Part shown: positions 60,985-64,000 of the stretch, one piece after another
Layout: each line of letters opens with the position of its first letter
Numbering within the stretch: position 1 is the first letter of the stretch
NCBI GenBank assembly: GCA_947626115.1
Contig: CANQQX010000003.1
Location: 415-64,414 of the forward strand
From: an uncultured Bacilli bacterium
GTDB lineage: Bacteria; Bacillota_I; Bacilli_A; RF39; UBA660
DNA length: 64,000 nucleotides
Reading direction: 5' to 3'
Program-made: the position numbers and the translations under genes
The notes under the pieces: model-generated
The model's database searches: none
Seen by the model: only the letters and a program-made list of their open reading frames with translations
Told to the model about the DNA's origin: nothing

Positions 60985-61114
60985 TTTCCATCCTTCTTTC
61001 CTTTTATTATTAATATTATTTTTTTTATTATAGTGTTTAAAATGTTAATAACTGTTATTAATTTAATTTATTTCTTTTATTTACTTAAAATTTTCATAAT
61101 TTTTTCTCACATTT
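60985..61114. other. oriC: dnaA-dnaN intergenic part of oriC (AT-rich, with a variant DnaA box)
   Basis: TGTTAATAA at 61043-61051 and the related TGTTATTAA next to it. The sequence is almost pure A/T. Confidence 0.55.
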
Positions 61115-62482
61115 TTATAACTTAGCCTTTATTTCTTTTAACATATTTTCAAGATTAGGATTATTCTTTAATTCTTTTTTAATCTTTTCACAACTAGCAA
61201 TAACTGTTGAGTGATCTTTACCACCAAATTCAAATCCTATTTTAACTAAATTTTCATCAGTTTCCATTCGACATAGATACATAGCAATTTGTCTTGGTTT
61301 AGCAATGTTATTACTTCTCTTTTTACTTTTTAAATCTTCCACGGTTATTTTAAAGAAATCCGCTACCACATTTTGAATATGTGATATTGTGTTTTCTTGA
61401 TAGATATTAACATTTATCGAATCTTTTAAAGCCTCAATGGCAAAATCTAAATCAATCACTTTTGGCATCATCATTGCGGTATAAGCAAGTAGTCTATTAA
61501 TTGTTCCAATTATATGTCGAACATCATTTGGACATCCATTGGCAATATATTCAATAACATCTCTATTTATCTTATCTTTAATACTGGAGTTATTTAGTCT
61601 TTGTTCAATAATTTCACACCTTAGTTCAAAATCAGGTGGATAAATATCAACTGGAAGTCCCCAAGCAAACCTACTTCTGAGTCTTTCTTCTATCTTCTTT
61701 AAATCATCTGGACTTCGATCACTAGATATTATTATCTGTTTATTTTTTTGATATAAAGCTTCAAAGGTATAGAAGAATTCTTGTTGCGTTAGTTCCGATC
61801 CTACTAAAAACTGTATATCATCTATTATTAATACATCAACATTTCGATATTTATTTTTAAAATTTTTAGCATATTCTAAGGCTTCTTTACCTTTTTCTAA
61901 TTTTGAAATATCAACATATTCATCACGAAAATCACTACTTGTTGTATATAAAACCTTTTTATCAGAGTTTTGGGTAATGTAATTGCCTATCGCATGCATT
62001 AAATGTGTTTTACCTATACCACTTCTCCCATATATAAATAAAGGATTTCTAATAGTCCCTGGTGATTGAGCTACATTCATCGCTGATATAAATGCAAGTC
62101 TATTTGATTCACCAACTATATAATTATCAAAGTTTAAATTAGGATTTAGATTAGTATGCCATTCGACTATTTTCTCTTCTGGCTTTTCTTCTTTAGGTGT
62201 AACTTCTTCATTTATTTTAGTATTTAAATCATTTAATTCATCTTCTGTTAATAACTTAAATTCATAATTCTTACCAGTTAAAGAAAAAATTGCATCATCT
62301 AATATATCCATATAAGAATTTGTTATAATTTGTTTATGAACTGGAAGAGGTACTTTAATAACTATTTCATTATCATCAATACTAACAAGTTTTAAATCAT
62401 TGAACCAAACAGAGAATGTTCCAGGACTAACTTGATTAGCTATTTCTTGCAAAAAATTTTGAAACAGTTCTTGTGTTTTCAT
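61115..62482 (-). CDS. dnaA: chromosomal replication initiator protein DnaA
   Basis: Translation contains NPLFIYGRSGIGKTHLMHAIGN...IIDDIQFL...KPRQIAMYLCR...GGKDHSTV. The ATG at 62482 is preferred. Confidence 0.97.
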   Translation of the reverse strand: MKTQELFQNFLQEIANQVSPGTFSVWFNDLKLVSIDDNEIVIKVPLPVHKQIITNSYMDILDDAIFSLTGKNYEFKLLTEDELNDLNTKINEEVTPKEEKPEEKIVEWHTNLNPNLNFDNYIVGESNRLAFISAMNVAQSPGTIRNPLFIYGRSGIGKTHLMHAIGNYITQNSDKKVLYTTSSDFRDEYVDISKLEKGKEALEYAKNFKNKYRNVDVLIIDDIQFLVGSELTQQEFFYTFEALYQKNKQIIISSDRSPDDLKKIEERLRSRFAWGLPVDIYPPDFELRCEIIEQRLNNSSIKDKINRDVIEYIANGCPNDVRHIIGTINRLLAYTAMMMPKVIDLDFAIEALKDSINVNIYQENTISHIQNVVADFFKITVEDLKSKKRSNNIAKPRQIAMYLCRMETDENLVKIGFEFGGKDHSTVIASCEKIKKELKNNPNLENMLKEIKAKL

Positions 62483-62500
62483 TACCTCACCCACCTTCAT

Positions 62501-62830
62501 ATATATCCCAATTTCATTTTAACTTAAATGCATTTTTAATACAAGAATAAAATTTATTAACATTAGTTATTAACATTTTATTCACATTATTTTGCTAGGT
62601 AAAATCTATAATAAAATAAGTTATTAACATTTTCAACATTTTTTTATTAACTTTTTAACATAAATAAATGTTAATAACTTTAAAGTAATTGTTAATAATG
62701 TTGATAAATATAAAAATGTTAAGAAATTAAAATAAAAAGTTAATAACATTTTTATTAACATTTAATGTTATTAATATTGATTTTTTCATTATTTGTGATA
62801 AGATAAGTAACAATTTATTTAAGGGGGACT
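62501..62830. other. oriC: oriC upstream cluster of variant DnaA boxes
   Basis: Exact TTATTAACA occurs at 62554, 62567, 62621 and 62752, and its complement TGTTAATAA at 62669 and 62690. TTATTCACA is at 62578 and TGTTGATAA at 62699. Several one-mismatch copies also occur. Confidence 0.8.
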
Positions 62831-62836
62831 ATGGGT

Positions 62837-64000
62837 ATGAATAGTGATTTAAAAATAATAAAAAAGAAATATGGGGAAAAAATGATGCATTTTTGTCGTG
62901 AATTTTTTCCCACATTACTTGAAAAAGAAGGATTATTATCTAGTTTATTATTAAATAATTTTAATGCCAGTCACAATTTATATAATGATTTAGTTGAATA
63001 TAACTTATTAGGTGATTTTAAAGAATATATTTATAGTTTAGTAGATGTGGAGCATTTAGAAGAAAAATCAGAAAATATTGCTTCACCTGAAGAATTACTC
63101 GCATCAGTTGGCTATGATTTATATGAATGTCATACCGAAGAAGAAATTCAAAGTTTTAGAAAATATTATGCTCCTGAAGAAGTATTATGTACATTTACTT
63201 ATGGTAATAGACTGGATACGTGTCGAGTATTCTTTGCGATAAAGAAAAATGTTGAAGAAATTAAAAGAGAAGATTTTAAACATCCCAAAAGACAAGATGA
63301 ATATGGTACATCAGTAATAAGTATTCAATTTGAAAAATTAGGTGGAAATAGATTATCAATAAAGAATAGGTATAATCATCATGTAAATAATCCCGATAGT
63401 ACATTTTCAAATAATTTAGATAACATAGTACCAGGATTAACAAAATCATTTGAAAAATACTATGGAATAAAACAACAACATATTAATAAAGGTTTTGAAA
63501 TACCATCATATACAATAGCAAGTGATGGTAAATATTATAAATATAATTATGAAATAGATAATGTGTATTACTGTCCAGATAATATAATAATAATAAATGG
63601 AATGGCAGGAAAACTTCCAAAAGAAAAATGTTTATTATTTGATTATTTTGTAATAGATTTTGGAACAAAAAAAATAACATCATTAACTAATGATGGATTT
63701 ATAGATAGTATAGGTACAATAGAGAAAATCGAAGTATTAAATTGTGATTTACTTAAAAAAGTGATTTTATATCAAGAAGATGGCATTTTAATAACCATTA
63801 TTTTAGATAGAGAAAATAATATAATTGGCTTAGATAATCCATATGTTAAAGAAGTAGCAGATGATTTTTTATATTATAATAAAAAATGTCAAAATATAAG
63901 ATTAAAAAATGTTACTTTTATTGGAAATTATTTTATGTATAATAATGAAAGTATTAAAGAAATATATTTTGAAAATGTTACACAAATTGGAGAATGTTTT
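62837..64000 (+). CDS. large hypothetical protein whose C-terminal part resembles BspA-type leucine-rich repeats; 3' end outside the window
   Basis: Not in the ORF track. The frame is open from the ATG at 62837 (RBS AAGGGGGA) to the window end, 388 codons: MNSDLKIIKKKYGEKMMHFCREFF...KNVTFIGNYFMYNNESIKEIYFENVTQIGECF. There is no signal peptide. Confidence 0.7.
   Translation, partial: MNSDLKIIKKKYGEKMMHFCREFFPTLLEKEGLLSSLLLNNFNASHNLYNDLVEYNLLGDFKEYIYSLVDVEHLEEKSENIASPEELLASVGYDLYECHTEEEIQSFRKYYAPEEVLCTFTYGNRLDTCRVFFAIKKNVEEIKREDFKHPKRQDEYGTSVISIQFEKLGGNRLSIKNRYNHHVNNPDSTFSNNLDNIVPGLTKSFEKYYGIKQQHINKGFEIPSYTIASDGKYYKYNYEIDNVYYCPDNIIIINGMAGKLPKEKCLLFDYFVIDFGTKKITSLTNDGFIDSIGTIEKIEVLNCDLLKKVILYQEDGILITIILDRENNIIGLDNPYVKEVADDFLYYNKKCQNIRLKNVTFIGNYFMYNNESIKEIYFENVTQIGECF

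Noticed and set aside
63483-63683. 66-aa minus-strand ORF from the track.
   Set aside because: It lies antisense within a 388-codon open plus-strand frame that has an RBS. Its product is Leu/Phe/Tyr-rich and looks like noise.
1-64000. Use of genetic code 4 (UGA read as Trp), as in Mollicutes, given the extreme AT content.
   Set aside because: Conserved genes are full-length under the standard code. Trp is encoded by TGG, and TGA terminates well-delimited ORFs, for example at 20710 and 26196.
1-64000. CRISPR arrays, prophage or transposon content, rRNA and tRNA genes.
   Set aside because: I saw no regularly spaced direct repeats and no integrase, transposase or phage structural genes. The only GC-rich structured segments are the SRP RNA, the T-box and the S10 leader. 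The accessory blocks look like lineage-specific insertions without mobility genes.

Overview
Origin-proximal 64 kb of a very AT-rich, endospore-forming Firmicute, read with the standard genetic code (TGA is used as a stop). Almost every gene is on the minus strand, co-oriented with a fork leaving oriC, which flanks dnaA at about 61.0-62.8 kb. The strand switches to plus right of oriC. From the left, the window holds the complete S10-spc-alpha ribosomal protein cluster (rpsJ to rplQ, 1-13.7 kb), then a small accessory island (13.9-17.2 kb). Next come gpmI, spo0A, two tandem unknown paralogs, pgk, gap and clpP, followed by a compact sporulation block (divIC, yabQ, yabP, spoVG, veg, yabG). An 8.6-kb accessory block (28.2-36.9 kb) sits between yabG and ksgA, which are neighbours in B. 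subtilis. After it come ksgA, tatD, metG behind a Met T-box, spoVT, mfd, pth, ricT, holB, bofA, recR, ybaB, dnaX, tadA and a minimal SRP RNA, then gyrA, gyrB, recF, a ComK-like gene, dnaN and dnaA. The most interesting signals are these. (1) The accessory block is a TasA/SipW-type secreted-fibre operon with an unusual SipW fusion protein and an ECF sigma/anti-sigma pair. It is driven by a consensus promoter whose 17-bp spacer contains a G8 tract, a candidate phase switch. (2) Perfect parS and perfect Noc-binding-site palindromes lie side by side in mirror arrangement between gyrA and the SRP RNA gene, and two more perfect Noc sites lie nearby. (3) A four-member family of unknown cytoplasmic proteins is wedged between housekeeping genes. 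(4) oriC is built from a variant DnaA box, TTATTAACA. I found no CRISPR array, transposase, integrase, rRNA or tRNA gene.
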